A stretch of 63,062 nucleotides of DNA, filler included, from Craspedostauros australis (Eukaryota), in the NCBI GenBank assembly GCA_030167865.1. It is 13 parts of 13 records of this genome, joined end to end, with 100 filler letters (N's around TTAATTAATTAA, not from the genome) between each part and the next. Parts side by side here need not be neighbours in the genome. Positions count along the whole stretch, not along the records: positions 19,590 to 39,767 come from JALAGF010003142.1; 12 more parts are not named here. One strand, 5' to 3'. The notes beneath the pieces are model-generated. The model did not search any database and was not told the origin of the DNA. It worked only from the letters and a program-made list of their open reading frames with translations. Position 1 is the stretch's first letter; every line of letters begins with the position of its first letter. Below, one piece after another: positions 24,401-36,400 of the stretch. The position numbers were made by a program, and so were the translations under genes.

Positions 24401-27400
24401 CAAGATATACTTCTCTCACCTGGACGCAACTCCTGATAACCTTCCATTCTGCGAGCAGCATCAAGGTGTGGCAGATGTGACACAGAGAAAAGGCACGTGG
24501 TACAAAGTGGAAGGAACTGGTTCGTTGATGAAGATTTCGACTTGTTTGGATGAAAACTTTGGCATCGATGGCATCGGCAACAACGACACCAACTCACTGC
24601 GCCAATCATTCGCGGTGCAAGTCTTCAGGGGATCCTGCAACGATCTGCGTTGTCTGAATCAAACTGAAGCTGTCTCAACTAAGAGATGTGAGCCTCCCCA
24701 AAGCATGGGTCTTCAAGCAACCATCGATGAGCCACGAGGATTCAATGAGGTTGTATGGTCAACAATCCATGGTGAGACGTACTATATCCATGCATCATCG
24801 GCATCATCGGCATCACTATATACGGTGGGTGCTTCCACGAGTGTCGCAGGCGCAGAATCTGGCACGAAAACCGCTCATGAACTTGCATTCACTATCCAAT
24901 CCACAGTGGCGAATGATCGATGTGCAACTGCCGCTTCTGTGCAGATCAACAGCAACATGACGACCTTTGGCTCGACGCTGCGGGCAACTATCCCAACCGA
25001 GTTTGTGTCCAGCTGCGATGGAGCATCCGATATACAAACGCCCGGTGTTTGGTATACCATGATTGGAGATGGTTCGCAGGTCGACGTCGACACGTGCGCA
25101 TCCGGAGAAGTGAAGCAGTATGAAGTGGATGAATCCCTCCTTCGGCAGTATCCGAATTTTCCCTTGCTGCCCAAGGACTCGCTTCAAGCCAACACATCTG
25201 TGTTCCGACTGTTCGATACTCAGATCACGGTTCTGACGGGAAGCTGTGGCAAGCTCGAGTGCGTGGCGGGGAACCACCAAGGGCGGACATGCTTCACCCA
25301 AAGCAGAGTCTCTTGGTACGCCGAGCCTGGCCGGCGATACTACATTCTCGTCCACGGTGCGTTGTTCGGTGTGGGCGATTTTCTTCTATCTGCAAAGAGT
25401 GATCACCACAAGATCGATGGTATCGACCAGTGCAGGAAAGCACCATCCGTCGGCGTTGGGGAAGCCATAATAAGAAGCACTCAGCATGGTTCCATCGCAG
25501 CTGGTCCCCAATGTGGAGGATTCGAGACATCGGGAATCACGTATTGGTTCAAGACCGTTGGCAACGGGAGGCGACTCACTGCTTCGACATGCGCCTGGGA
25601 AACCAAGTACAACTCGAGAGTCTTAATGCTTCAGGGCGACGACTGCGATTCTTTGCGCTGCAAGTTTGTCACCTACGGATCCTGCGAGTTTGAAGACCAG
25701 TATGGCAACAAGGCAAGACAGGGGTACGTCGAATTCGATTCTGAAGAAAACGTCACCTACTACATACTCGTGCATGGCGCCTCCGGAGAATCCGGGCAAG
25801 TCAAGCTTCAGATCAGCGAAGTTGTCGACAATGATTCATGTGATAAAGCGCAGTCCTTGCAAGCAAACAGTGGCTATTCCACCCGATCGACATTGGCAAG
25901 CACCAACATGGAATCCGTTGGTGATTGTGTCTTGGCGGAAACTGAAAGAGTTTCCATTGGCGCACTTTGGTACAACTTCACCACCATCGAACCGTCCAAA
26001 ATCACGCTTCGCGTTTGCACTCTGCTTGCGCCGCTAACGCTTTACATCAACGTGTACGGTGGAGATTGCTCAAAGGACACCTGCGTCGCTCAGGAACTGC
26101 TTAGCTCCAGAAATCCTGTGCTCTGCGACAGCGTGGAGGCCCACACTACTTCGCTGGTATGGGTGAGCGAAGCCGACGCAACTTACTTTGTCGCGGTGTC
26201 TTCTTCCGCGGCATTGGCACCAAAGGTCGCCTCTTTCAACTCCGAGGTTCGAATTTCTCTATCAAGCGAACTGTTGATGAGCAACGACGATTGCGACACG
26301 GCATCCCATCTTCAATTGAACGAACGGGTCCACGGAACCTTCAATGCGGCCAGCTCTGATAGGTTCCCGACAAATTGCTTCATAGATATGGTAGATGCGG
26401 AGGACGCCGCGCTGGCGATGATCGGTTCTTGGTATTCCATCCGTGGAACAGGCCGACGGATGCTTGCTTCTTCGTGTCACAGTGAAGTGACATCAGCGGC
26501 ATCTATTGTGAGCGTGACGACAGGGGAATGCGCCAATCTCACGTGCATTGCTTCGAACGGGCATTTCTGTGGTTTGAACGGACAGGTGTCGTGGGAAAGT
26601 GAAGCTGGGACGTTGTATTACGTGTCGATTGGAACCACCGAATTGTCTCCAGACAACTATACGCTGATAGTGATAGATGACCCGGATCCTTCCTCAGACG
26701 AATGGATGGATCTCGTCGGAATCGACCTACCACCATACGATCAATGTGGCCATGCCGTTTCGATCGATTTGTCGGCGGAAGGATCAGTCGCTAGCATTGA
26801 GGACACATCGCTGCCGACAGTGCTCGCGACCATCGATGATATCGATCTGTGTGGTGCCATCATCCCGCAGACCATCGGTGGGGTGTGGTTCCACGTGCAT
26901 GGTATGGGTGAGCTGGTAAAGTTGACATCCAGCACAAACAGCTCGGTAGCCAGAGATCGAAGACTTCAAGACCTCCTTGCCCAACCGGCGCAGATGGTAG
27001 TTTATCAATCAGGCCGGAGATCATCATCCAACTCAGCGCCCAACTGCGGGACGTTGCATTGCGTCCATTCCAATACACAGCTGGGGCAATCTCGTTCAGA
27101 GTCCTTCGTGACATGGTTTGCCGAAAGCGATGTCGATTACTACATCTTGGCATACAACCGATACCCATCCATCAGTGTACGTCTCACCCTCCCTGAATAT
27201 CGCGAGCCAGGTGCCGCGTGCCAGGACAATCTTGCCGATGGACGGATCACAAATCGCGTTAGGCCGAAGGATGCGTTCCTGTCCTTCACCAGGCGACCCG
27301 CTGATGGGGGCACGCAGTTTGTTCCGTGCAACGATGATCAACGCGGCAATAGCATCGCGCATAATGGCACAGGTGCATGGTTCGCTTTCCTTGGCAACGG

Positions 27401-29123
27401 GCAACGTGTCCGTGCGTCCACGAAGAGCACAGCAACAAATGCCGACATGGCAGTGTCTGTGTACTACGGTGACCACTGCGTCGACCCCGATTGTGCAGAG
27501 GTGTCATATCACCAAGAACACGCGCACGTGGTGAAGGATGGCAGGCTCCATATCGTGACCTCGCATGGCGTTGCCGATTGGACATCGAAACGCAATCAGT
27601 GGTACAGCATATTCGTATATCCCTCCGAGTCGGAGTATGCCGAGATACAACACGTGGTGGAGTTGAACATCAGCGTTCTGGACATCCGTGATACCTGTGA
27701 TGGGGCAAAGCAAATCCAGGTTGGGAAGCTGGGGAGAATAGTGGAGAGAGACGAATCAGGTCCCGACATGATGGGCCCAACCTGTGACGATTCGCCGGCA
27801 CAGTGGAACGATACGCCTGGTGCATGGTACAAGGTAGTTGGCGATGGGACGACGATGGTTTTATCAACCTGCAATTATGCGCGCATCGGGCGCCAGGGCA
27901 TTGATACGCAACTGAATCTGTACGGAGGCAACTGTGAAGCATTGACTTGCATCGCGAGTAACAGCGAATACTGTGAAGACAATGCTCAGATCACATGGCA
28001 GAGTGAGATTGGCTCCGTGTATTACGTTCTGGTCCGTCGGTCCAAGTCCCATGTGACTGATGGTGAAAAGGTCGCGCTCGATCGAGTTGTGAGAGGATCG
28101 CGTGCGTGCCATGACGCCAATGTAACAACGATGGAAGCCGGCGACGAAGCTATTTTTGCTTTCCCGCCCTCGCATATTGGGGAGGACCGGACAGAGAAGC
28201 AAGGTGGCCATGTACAATCGGCATCCACCGCTCCCTCTTGTGATTTCGCATCCAGTACGACAAAGACGGCGACGGTTGCGGTTGCCGCCACGTGGCTCAA
28301 GGTGATCGGGAGCGGAGGGTTTATGATTGTGACAACACATGGCTACGCCACGCGAATGAACACCACGGCAGAGTTGTACGGGGGAGCTCACTGTGGACAA
28401 CTGGTGTGTGTCGACGGAGCAGTCCAGAGCTGGCACCGAGGGTGGATTGGTGCGAACGGTCGTATGTCCCTGAGCTCTCTCAATGCAGGCGGGACGATGG
28501 TGCGCCATGGCTCCGTCGTTTGGCCTAGCATGCTCGGAGAGACTTACTACATTCGGCTGTCAGAGACCATGGCTGATGCTGGTGCTGGTGTTTCAGGTGT
28601 TCCAGCGTCTGCCGGCCGTCAAGCTGCTGGTAGTGGCCTTGATGATGATGAACGTCCTACCGAGTCTTTGATGTCCGTCTTCGTCAAGCAAGTTGCCTCC
28701 AATGACATTTGCGAGAACGCAGTTCCATTGTTCGATGGCGATAGTGTGTCCGGGGACACGGCTACCGCAACCATGGACGATGTCGAAGCATGCGGCCACC
28801 CATTGCTGGGGGATGCTGATGACCGAACTCCATTCTCGCCAGGGCTTTGGTACCAAATCCCACTGGCGGAGCTACGGCAGTCTGACCATGGCTTCAAGGT
28901 CTTGGTCTGCTTCCCCGACCGGGTTGCCACCATGACTGTCTTCGCTGGAGATAGCTGCGAAGATCTCCAGTGCCTCGCGACGCAAAGTGGGGACGTACGA
29001 CGGTGCATCGAGTACGTCACTCCGACACGACTTGAGACGAACATTTACATCCTCGTCTACGGGTTTTTGAGCACCGGCTCGGTGCGGTTAAACCTGAGGA
29101 GGTTGTATTGGTGGTCCGTTTAG
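21453..29123 (+). CDS. Giant single-pass (type II) membrane protein with 12 extracellular Cys-rich repeats
   Basis: Uninterrupted 2,556-codon ORF. About 530-aa low-complexity N-terminus, TM AFCLAFCLSVVAILCSLFFI, then repeats NDxCxxA...GxWY...STC...GxCxxLxC...WxSxxGxxYYIxV. Confidence 0.88.
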   Translation: MVKSTSNINSNMNGNMNGSSCGDGRRDGSRISDGSTTDPDSETHNTTSNSSNSSNSSDENDENASEDTTEITGETVAVAAAAAAAAAAVHATTARTCDEQRGNGEADVSRTTSVRRHGMIHQLGNQSSDSDSGETGSTCGAQRSIGASTITTAAGNRDRHPSRHSDQSAVGAHAIAGFDDDEITVARCARTNRLRYVRKNALRTSADAEVDGKRLSAKEDGMGMPLESAASDSMMKSMDVQRQRMATMMSTMPASSNQSMAHARTKRTHVAGADASAYSMQELLSPDQDEYAMPPQKEHGDNRANRSVRLHGVDIGNHDIENGEIVRRPHVSNSVRVGAEAIEPSVASVDAIADRFSLGSVTATMISAGDLTNDTSATFQGLSEVGGMYVVQAEVYGETRTVDPDDDREAPPDHATAGACVRNASVEVRQSVDGASTQLRMRENEQGRVEAQVDPHLGEPVVGEPMERALVDRHGNQIYYSDDDDDDDGGVGDEGEDLTNNEDTRKRVHKTHAPNHLDATSGGAPRSRHLTNAFCLAFCLSVVAILCSLFFIDRCKLQPAHSVCQEATDASSISPTASPTAVFALASLTCEEAIALEADNQQVNFAYEAPGGAATRQDPSMDPRDVAQTTIGCGNQEMWTGYHSWLTIPAAEDGEDGIGYAIEIETTDMDAAETWIVAFRGGDCGDLVCIAATDQRCTPSQCSLAIPQAEGGALTVAVGGSKASNYDIETRRIASNDVCDLAQPVQLAMAPESMSAQPAKTNNNTSVAAKVVVQGNYRYARSEDASLFSCGVQDGSAEWYLVNASSSGVITASTCVDYTESPKTNTNTSVSHPDHITDTAPAHVAVLKGSCDNLQCVAKADSVSCGARNQVTWLSDINERYYVVVSAGRDDPVTSTSSTSGSQSGPTPTFVKSKPVDDIHTHNSLRSLSPTPSPTPPPASSEAAEAGDIIRDIDYELSIQESARNDICHGAIPIEEPTSATPHKIYFSHLDATPDNLPFCEQHQGVADVTQRKGTWYKVEGTGSLMKISTCLDENFGIDGIGNNDTNSLRQSFAVQVFRGSCNDLRCLNQTEAVSTKRCEPPQSMGLQATIDEPRGFNEVVWSTIHGETYYIHASSASSASLYTVGASTSVAGAESGTKTAHELAFTIQSTVANDRCATAASVQINSNMTTFGSTLRATIPTEFVSSCDGASDIQTPGVWYTMIGDGSQVDVDTCASGEVKQYEVDESLLRQYPNFPLLPKDSLQANTSVFRLFDTQITVLTGSCGKLECVAGNHQGRTCFTQSRVSWYAEPGRRYYILVHGALFGVGDFLLSAKSDHHKIDGIDQCRKAPSVGVGEAIIRSTQHGSIAAGPQCGGFETSGITYWFKTVGNGRRLTASTCAWETKYNSRVLMLQGDDCDSLRCKFVTYGSCEFEDQYGNKARQGYVEFDSEENVTYYILVHGASGESGQVKLQISEVVDNDSCDKAQSLQANSGYSTRSTLASTNMESVGDCVLAETERVSIGALWYNFTTIEPSKITLRVCTLLAPLTLYINVYGGDCSKDTCVAQELLSSRNPVLCDSVEAHTTSLVWVSEADATYFVAVSSSAALAPKVASFNSEVRISLSSELLMSNDDCDTASHLQLNERVHGTFNAASSDRFPTNCFIDMVDAEDAALAMIGSWYSIRGTGRRMLASSCHSEVTSAASIVSVTTGECANLTCIASNGHFCGLNGQVSWESEAGTLYYVSIGTTELSPDNYTLIVIDDPDPSSDEWMDLVGIDLPPYDQCGHAVSIDLSAEGSVASIEDTSLPTVLATIDDIDLCGAIIPQTIGGVWFHVHGMGELVKLTSSTNSSVARDRRLQDLLAQPAQMVVYQSGRRSSSNSAPNCGTLHCVHSNTQLGQSRSESFVTWFAESDVDYYILAYNRYPSISVRLTLPEYREPGAACQDNLADGRITNRVRPKDAFLSFTRRPADGGTQFVPCNDDQRGNSIAHNGTGAWFAFLGNGQRVRASTKSTATNADMAVSVYYGDHCVDPDCAEVSYHQEHAHVVKDGRLHIVTSHGVADWTSKRNQWYSIFVYPSESEYAEIQHVVELNISVLDIRDTCDGAKQIQVGKLGRIVERDESGPDMMGPTCDDSPAQWNDTPGAWYKVVGDGTTMVLSTCNYARIGRQGIDTQLNLYGGNCEALTCIASNSEYCEDNAQITWQSEIGSVYYVLVRRSKSHVTDGEKVALDRVVRGSRACHDANVTTMEAGDEAIFAFPPSHIGEDRTEKQGGHVQSASTAPSCDFASSTTKTATVAVAATWLKVIGSGGFMIVTTHGYATRMNTTAELYGGAHCGQLVCVDGAVQSWHRGWIGANGRMSLSSLNAGGTMVRHGSVVWPSMLGETYYIRLSETMADAGAGVSGVPASAGRQAAGSGLDDDERPTESLMSVFVKQVASNDICENAVPLFDGDSVSGDTATATMDDVEACGHPLLGDADDRTPFSPGLWYQIPLAELRQSDHGFKVLVCFPDRVATMTVFAGDSCEDLQCLATQSGDVRRCIEYVTPTRLETNIYILVYGFLSTGSVRLNLRRLYWWSV

Positions 29124-29276
29124 TGCTGAAGAGCATGTGCAAAGATACCGGTAGCGACAGGCTGCACAGAGCAAGCCGCTACGAGTCCGAGTACGTAGAG
29201 TACAGTTGGTACGTTCGTGAAGCATTTGGTCGGTGAAAGGTGGGGAGATATTATGATACGACTACTGTCTAGTGTA

Positions 29277-30741
29277 CTATCCACGTGACAAGTATTGTAC
29301 GTATGGTACGCTCGCCCATGCCTTTATCCATGTGGATGCATGTGCGGGTGCGTGTGCGTCCTGACGTGGTGTTTGTTCTTTGAGAGTCATCGCAGGGGTC
29401 GGTCGAGACAGTGCGGCATTGCCTTCTTCAGAACAGGTCGCACGCATCGTGCGTGATGAGGCATGTTTGCTTCTGTGAGGTGCAGCAACACACGCCCGAC
29501 TACATTCCTGCAGATACTCCGCAACATCAGAAGGGTAGTCGGCCTTTGCCGTGTCTAATATTTGATCTTCGTGATCCACTATACGAACTATTCTTGGGCC
29601 AATTGGATCGTCCATGGAAGGGCGAGTGGCACAAGAGAGTAAGCGATAGGTAAAATAGGACCTTTGGGTTGCATACTCGCAATGGATGTGCGAACCTTTT
29701 CAAATACGTTTCCTCTTCGCGTGCCGAAAAAGGTGCAATGCCAGTGCCGGTATGACTGACGGAATTGCCTCCGTCTCCACATGTTCTAAGGGCTGCTCTG
29801 CTCACGCCGAGTTTTCGCCACGTACTCACCCAATGGAACTTCGGCATCGTAGATATCAGAGAAGACCTGGAGCTCAAAGAGGAGATCGGTGGTGGCATCG
29901 TAAAAGTTGTTCAGATTCCGGGTCAGCTTGTCATTGGTTGCTTGCACCAGTGCAGCTTCGAAGGCTTGCAACTTTCGAGAGCAGATGATTCCCGCCCATG
30001 AGTAGGGGGGCAAGGTGCTGAGTTCGAATGACATTTCGCCGACAGCGGCACCGCATGCGTCCAACGTCGACTGGGTGTTGTCCCAATCAGTCTCGGACCA
30101 ATTGTTCCCGATAATGATGATGTTGTTGATTGTGATCTATGGTACCATAGTGGCGCGCAGCGGATGGCGATTGTTGAATAGTGTCGGTGAGAAGCATGTG
30201 CATGTGGATGCAGAGGTGTATGGCGTGATGCACTCATGTGATACGAATCGATACCACGGTGCAGATTGCAGTGATGCATTGCGGAAGTCAAGCCACAGTC
30301 AACGAGGGCGGAGCAGAGGTCTCAGGGTGAATCGCTGACAACGTATTAAATGATAGAGAGCACAGAACGCTGGATCCCAAAGGCGACCACCTAGGATTGT
30401 CATGTGATGCGATGTGATGCAAGACGAAGCAATGGAATCGAATCGAATCGAAGCGCGACGTCGTGAGGTCTTACCACAAGCGCTTCCTCCGCATCCATCC
30501 GTGCGGTTAGTGGGGTGATTGGGCCGCCAGGGGCTGCCTCGTCATCGTCGTCGTTCTTTGTGGATCGAATGGCCACGAAGCAAGCATGCTTGTTGTCATC
30601 AGAGGCAGCTGCACGTGTTTGCCACGAAGTCAGGGGTGCTGCAACAAAGGCCGAAACACCTGTGAGGCCTCCGTAACTTTGGGACAATCCAACGATGGTG
30701 AGGATGACGAGAGAAAGGGTGGATGCGGTGACGATTTTCAT
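29277..30741 (-). CDS. Three-exon protein of unknown function, probably plastid-targeted (exons 30741-30475, 30136-29830, 29578 or 29587-29277)
   Basis: Signal peptide MKIVTASTLSLVILTIVGL...VSA-FV. Donors GTAAG (30474) and GTGAGT (29829) and their TAG acceptors are phase-compatible (0 and 1), giving about 290 aa. Confidence 0.55.
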
Positions 30742-33494
30742 GTTGCTGCGTGTTTGCGAAGGATGATGCAACTGTTGATTGTGTTGACAGTGTTGACAGT
30801 GGGTGGGCGCGAGGGTGTGTCTTGTGGCCTTTCTGGTTGCTCCTTGTGCGCTTTTTGTGAGTGTGCTGGACTCCAGTTCAGGTCCCAGCAGGTTGCGGTT
30901 GTTCATCTCATTGCGCAATCGCGTTGCCGTCGCTCTCCTCCCTCCTCGTGTTGTTGTTGTTGTTGTTGTCGTTGCCGTTGTTGTGGGAGGGAGAATCGTT
31001 GAAAAAATGTATGCGGGATTTGATGGCGTATCCTTCGTACATGGTTGTGGTCGATGCGAACACCTTCAGGGTTGACGTTCGCATCTTCCAGGAACAAATT
31101 TATGTTTGGCGACGGTGTGGGCGTGAACAGAAAATGGTTCACATGATACAGTATCGGTGGAACGTGATGCAGCTTACGCCCTGGGGCACTTCGTTGTGAC
31201 ATTGCTTGAAGTGAAGGCTGTCGAGTGCGTCTGTGCATTTTATCATTCGATGCATCGACTTCGGAACCAGAGCGACAACATCTCCGCTGTGTGGCGGCTC
31301 GCGCCAATCTCGCGATCTTCGTCCCCAGTCTCTCTTTGCACGCCACTGTCGCTCTCAGCGCAACGGCGGATCTTTCCACCATCTACCAAACCATACCCAC
31401 TTTTCCTGCTCCACCCTGGAGTGAGCGACAAAGAAGGAGGTTTGCAAAGAAGATGTCAAGGGCTCTGGCATGCATCAAGTATTGTGCGTTCTTCCACAAC
31501 AAAGTTCTGTTGTCCTTGCTGTTGATGTTTCTGTGGCTGTTGTGGGCTGTCGCATGCTTTTGTTCTTTATGTTCACCGGAAGAAAATCCTATCTTGGTAT
31601 GTTTATCTAGTTCGTTAAAAGTACATCTCGTCTTGGAGACAGGTGGAGTAGTATCCCCTTAGTACTATTACTGTCCGTGAAGTTGTCCGAGAATAAATTA
31701 CGAGAAAATAAGTTACGTCTGGACAGCATCCGTCAATGATGTGAGGAGGTCTGCTGGTGGAGTATTGTCGCTACAGCTCCTCTACGATACTCGTACCATC
31801 CTATTATAGAATATGTTGGTGCACTGCGAATAGAGTAACTTGGTTGGTTGTAGAGTAGAGGCGTGGTGAGAGGAGACTGACAGACTGATCGTACCGTCGA
31901 ACCTCTTCATGAAGAGTAACGTCATTGGATGGTGCCGAAGCCACAGAAGTGCAGAAAACACTTTGATGCCTCAAGACTGGGGACGAGTACGAGGAGGTCG
32001 CATGGGACAGCGCTCTGGGGGCTTGATTCAGTCGTTGTCGCAGAGCCACACAGGAGGAGTCGAAACAACATGAAAGGCATATGTTTTGCATGAAGGTATT
32101 GAAGTCTGAAGGGTATGCAAGTGATGGAAACATGGAAGTCGATGCAATCAATCAGTCGACCGACCAATCGAGCTGTCAACTGCTATGATAATACATTACT
32201 ATTAGTCAACCAATCGACTGGCTTTCCTTGACAGAGCAAAAGGCACCTCCAGAATGGACGGTTGCGACGAGACAGAGTGCTGTACTCTGCGGGTTCCCTG
32301 GTTCGTATTCAGCTCTGGCTCGTGCTGGGCTCGTCCTCTGCTCTGTGGCGTCAGCCGCTGACGCCGATCATTGTCCCTTCCATCCGATCCTCTTCACGAA
32401 GCTCGTCACCACGTCGCATCCACGAATACAACCCAAACGCAGAAAGTCTCACAGAAAAGCTGCGTTGGTTGCGAAGAAAGGTGGTCAGTCGCGGATGAAG
32501 TTTTGAGAGCAGATAGGCGTTGTGGAGGACGAGCCACGTGTGATTCTTGTTTTCTCGTCGATGTCGTCGTGGGAGGACAGCGCCATTCGTCTCCCTATGG
32601 GCTGTGTCAATCATCGTGAGCGAAGTATGCACAGTCTAAGTGTCACAGAGATCAGATGACGTTTGTGGAATGCGAGCAAAGGGTATGGCAGAAGTGGTGC
32701 AGAGCACGCGAGACCTGTGAAGACCTGAGTTCGTCACATGTTTAGGCCTGACGTGATCGTGGTTTGTCCCCCTCTCCGTTGTTCATGTTGATTGGTGATG
32801 GAAGTACTCTGCGACATATGGTACCACTTCGCAGATGTGCTTCGTCAGTTGAAGAACAACGGGTTCGCCACTCGCAGCGATTACGTGTTGGGAGTATTGT
32901 GGACGCTCACACAAATCCGATTTTTCTGGACGCGCGGATGGACGCAAGAAACAAGGACAGCCGAAAGGATGACGCAATTCGCAACCACATCAACCGCGCC
33001 AACCACGACAACGGCAACCACCGAATGGGAGGAACGGACCTCCCGTCAGCAGCCCAAAAGCTTTCTGCGCATCGGCTATCCATCCCTCTCTCGCCTCAAG
33101 GACGCTTCGCTCTTCGTTTGCCGAAGTGGCTTGGACAGCGCAGCAGCCCGAACAAAAGATAAAATCCTCGTGGGTTCACTGCCGCTTCCCATTCTCCTCT
33201 CCTTTTGGTGATTGCGGCGCACAAGGCACAACAAGGAGTTGTTTGAACTTTCCACGTCAAGTGCAAGCCTCCTCGTATTTCCACCCTCCAACATCATCAT
33301 TCGCAACAATACCGGCGAGAGCGAAAACAACCACACTCTCGCGCAACAACTCATGCAGCAAAGGAACAGTCACAACAACGCATCGCGCTCCCATCAACCC
33401 CATTGACGAGTATTGCGACAACAAGGAAAGTGACATACCAATTGTGCGCAAGGTTGCAACCACTTCAAAAACAACAACTCCAACTCCAACGACA

Positions 33495-36400
33495 ATGACG
33501 ACAATGGCCAGCAGCGCAAGCGACCAGCAAATAGCCGCCCTGCCACGTTCAGAGTCAGCCCCCTACAGAAGGCAAGACACACCCGATGCCATGGGCGACG
33601 CTTGTTCGTTCATCTCGGGTGGCGGCGCAGGGAAAACTGCACTCGCCGATGATACAGAGAGCACAGGCACGCATCAAGAACAGCGGGACAGATCGGCGAC
33701 GTATGGCTCGTCCGATGATCCGGTCAAGATGGAGACTGATATGCTGCGCTGCTCCAAGCTCCTCTTTCTCTTCGTCCTTGGGCTTGCGGCAGTGGCGATA
33801 TTCGGGGTTGTTCTCGTCATCATACAGCAAAACGATCAAGATGAATTCGAAACGAGGGTAAGTTCATATACCAGTGGCCTGGCTGTCCTCTTGTACGTGA
33901 ATTCAGGTTCACAGAGTCGGCACGGTGGCTACCGCAACACCGAAACACGTGAGGCTCACGCATGCACTGCAATGATCTGCAACTATTTTGATCACACGAC
34001 TGTTCTATCGACCGACTGTATTCGTAATCGTCTATCACCGTGAAACCAAACAACAATCTTCGTGATGAACACGCTGACGCGACGCAATTACAGTTCCACA
34101 TACTCGCTGAACATGTGGTGGAATTGTCGAGTATGAATGCGCGGGCTGTTGTGGGTTCGTTGGAAAGCGTGAGTTTCACCTTTGCTTCATATGCCAGCAT
34201 CAACAGTCGCAGCAACAGCAACAACAACGGCGCCAGCGCCAGCGGCGAGAAGGAAGACCTCGATGCCACGTGGCCGCTCCTTCATATTCCAAACTTCGAG
34301 GCGCACTACGAGCAGCTTCGACGAGCGACCGGTACCGAGATGCTCACCCTTACACCCCTCGTGACTGCGGACACCAAGTCGGCATTCGAAGATTTCCAAA
34401 ACGAAAACGGCGACTGGATTGAAGAGAGCTTGCGCTATGCGCAGCACGAGCAGTCCAACCTCACGATCATTCCACGGGTATGGGAGATCGCTGTGGATGA
34501 CACATCCAACGCCCCTGCCATCATGTATCCTCAAAACGAAACAATGTATGCACCGATATCGCAGCTTGCCCCGATCCAACCCTTTGGTCGATCTATCGTC
34601 AACATAGATACTCTGCGCGACAGCAACTTGGCATCACTTTTCAAGACCGTCCGGCAACGAAGAAGACCCATCCTATCCAACGCGTTGCATACCGACCTTA
34701 CGGTACCGATATCATCGCACAACAACGAGGCTGACTGCCCGTTCAGCTTCGTCGCGGTGCCAGTCTACGCTACGCTGACACCAAACCCAGCTATGGGTGC
34801 TGCAACCGGTGATCTGAACATGGCGGACGAACCTGAGTTTGTGGGAACCGTAAATGCGAAGATCCCATGGAGCAGATACTTTGAACACGTCACCTCCGAC
34901 CACGTAGATGATGTTGACGTCGCCGTTGTGATCGTCATCCAGAACACGTGCGGTGAAGACTTCACGTTCCGGATCGGAGAGTCTCAGCTTGAGTATGTCG
35001 GACTTGGCGATAAGCACAATGAAGACTTCGACGATTTTGAGGTGCAGTGGGACTTCTCAGTGATAGAAAGCGTCCACAACTGCTCGTATTCGATGAGCAT
35101 CTACCCAGCCACCGAACCACAAGAGGTCTACACGTCGAAGACAGTGGTATACACCGCTCTCATCGTTGTGGCGATCTTTCTCCTGATGGGCGTCTTCTTC
35201 TTCATGTACGATCGGCTCGTCCAGCACCGTCAGCGCAAGGTGCTCGAGTCAGCAGCCAAATCCAACTCTATCGTCCGAGCTTTGTTCCCCGCCAACGTCC
35301 GCGGCAGGCTGCTGGGGAACAGCCTCGCGCAACCGCAGGAAGACCAAGTGAAAAGAACAAGCAAAAGCAACCTTGATCTGAAGGACGACGCAGAGCGCGT
35401 CAGCCCCCTGGAAGATGACGCCATCAAGGTCCCAAGATCACGTCGCCGGCGCAGCGTCAAGAGCATTGGTTCTCGCGCATCCGACGCTTCCACGGGCAAC
35501 CTCGAGCCGTTTTCATCGGGACCCATCGCAGACTTCTTCCCCAGCGTCACCGTGCTGTTTGCTGACCTCGCGGGCTTCACCGCGTGGTCCAGCACGCGCG
35601 ATCCAGTGCAGGTCTTCACCTTGCTGGAGACGATCTACAACGCCTTCGATCGAATCGCCAACAGGCTGGATGTGTTCAAGGTCGAGACCATCGGCGACTG
35701 CTACGTGGCTGCCTGCGGTCTCCCAGAACCACGAGACGACCACGCAGTGGTTCTGTTCCGATTCTGCAGGCTTGCGCTGGCCAAGACGAAGGACCTCATC
35801 GAGAAGCTATCGCTCTCCCTGGGCCCAGACACAGGATCGTTGGCAATCCGCTTTGGGCTCCACTCCGGACCTGTCACGGCGGGAGTCCTGCGAGGGCAGA
35901 AGTCCCGTTTCCAACTGTTCGGAGACACGGTCAACACTGCAAGCCGCATTGAGAACAGCGGTCGACCCAACCGCATCCATCTGTCTCAGGAGACGGCGAA
36001 CGAGCTGAAAAAGCATGGCAAGGCGGCATGGTTCAAGCCAAGGGATGATGCCGTGATTGCCAAGGGCAAAGGCAGCCTCGTGACCTACTGGGGCATCCAC
36101 AAGGCTGACGGCATTGGCAGCGGTTCTGTCGCATCGTCAAAGAAGAAGCGAGATTCGGCTCACAACACCTCTCACAGTACCGCTATGAATCAGAGCGCGC
36201 ATTTCAGCGACTCCGGTTCCTTGGATTCGTTCGCCGGCCACCAAATGCCCGCTGTGCAACCAAAGCAGCCGCAGCTGCAAATGGAACCGCACATTATGTC
36301 ACTGGAAGCCCTGCGACAGCTCAAGGAAAGCCAACCGAGGGTGATCAATGCAAGGCTTGTCGCCAGCAAGGACATCGCGGAGATCAAGAAGATCGCATCA

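Noticed and set aside
29715..29760. TGTGIAPF peptide resembling the FNR NAD(P)-binding motif
   Set aside because: Isolated, lies in a predicted intron, and no other FNR motifs are present.
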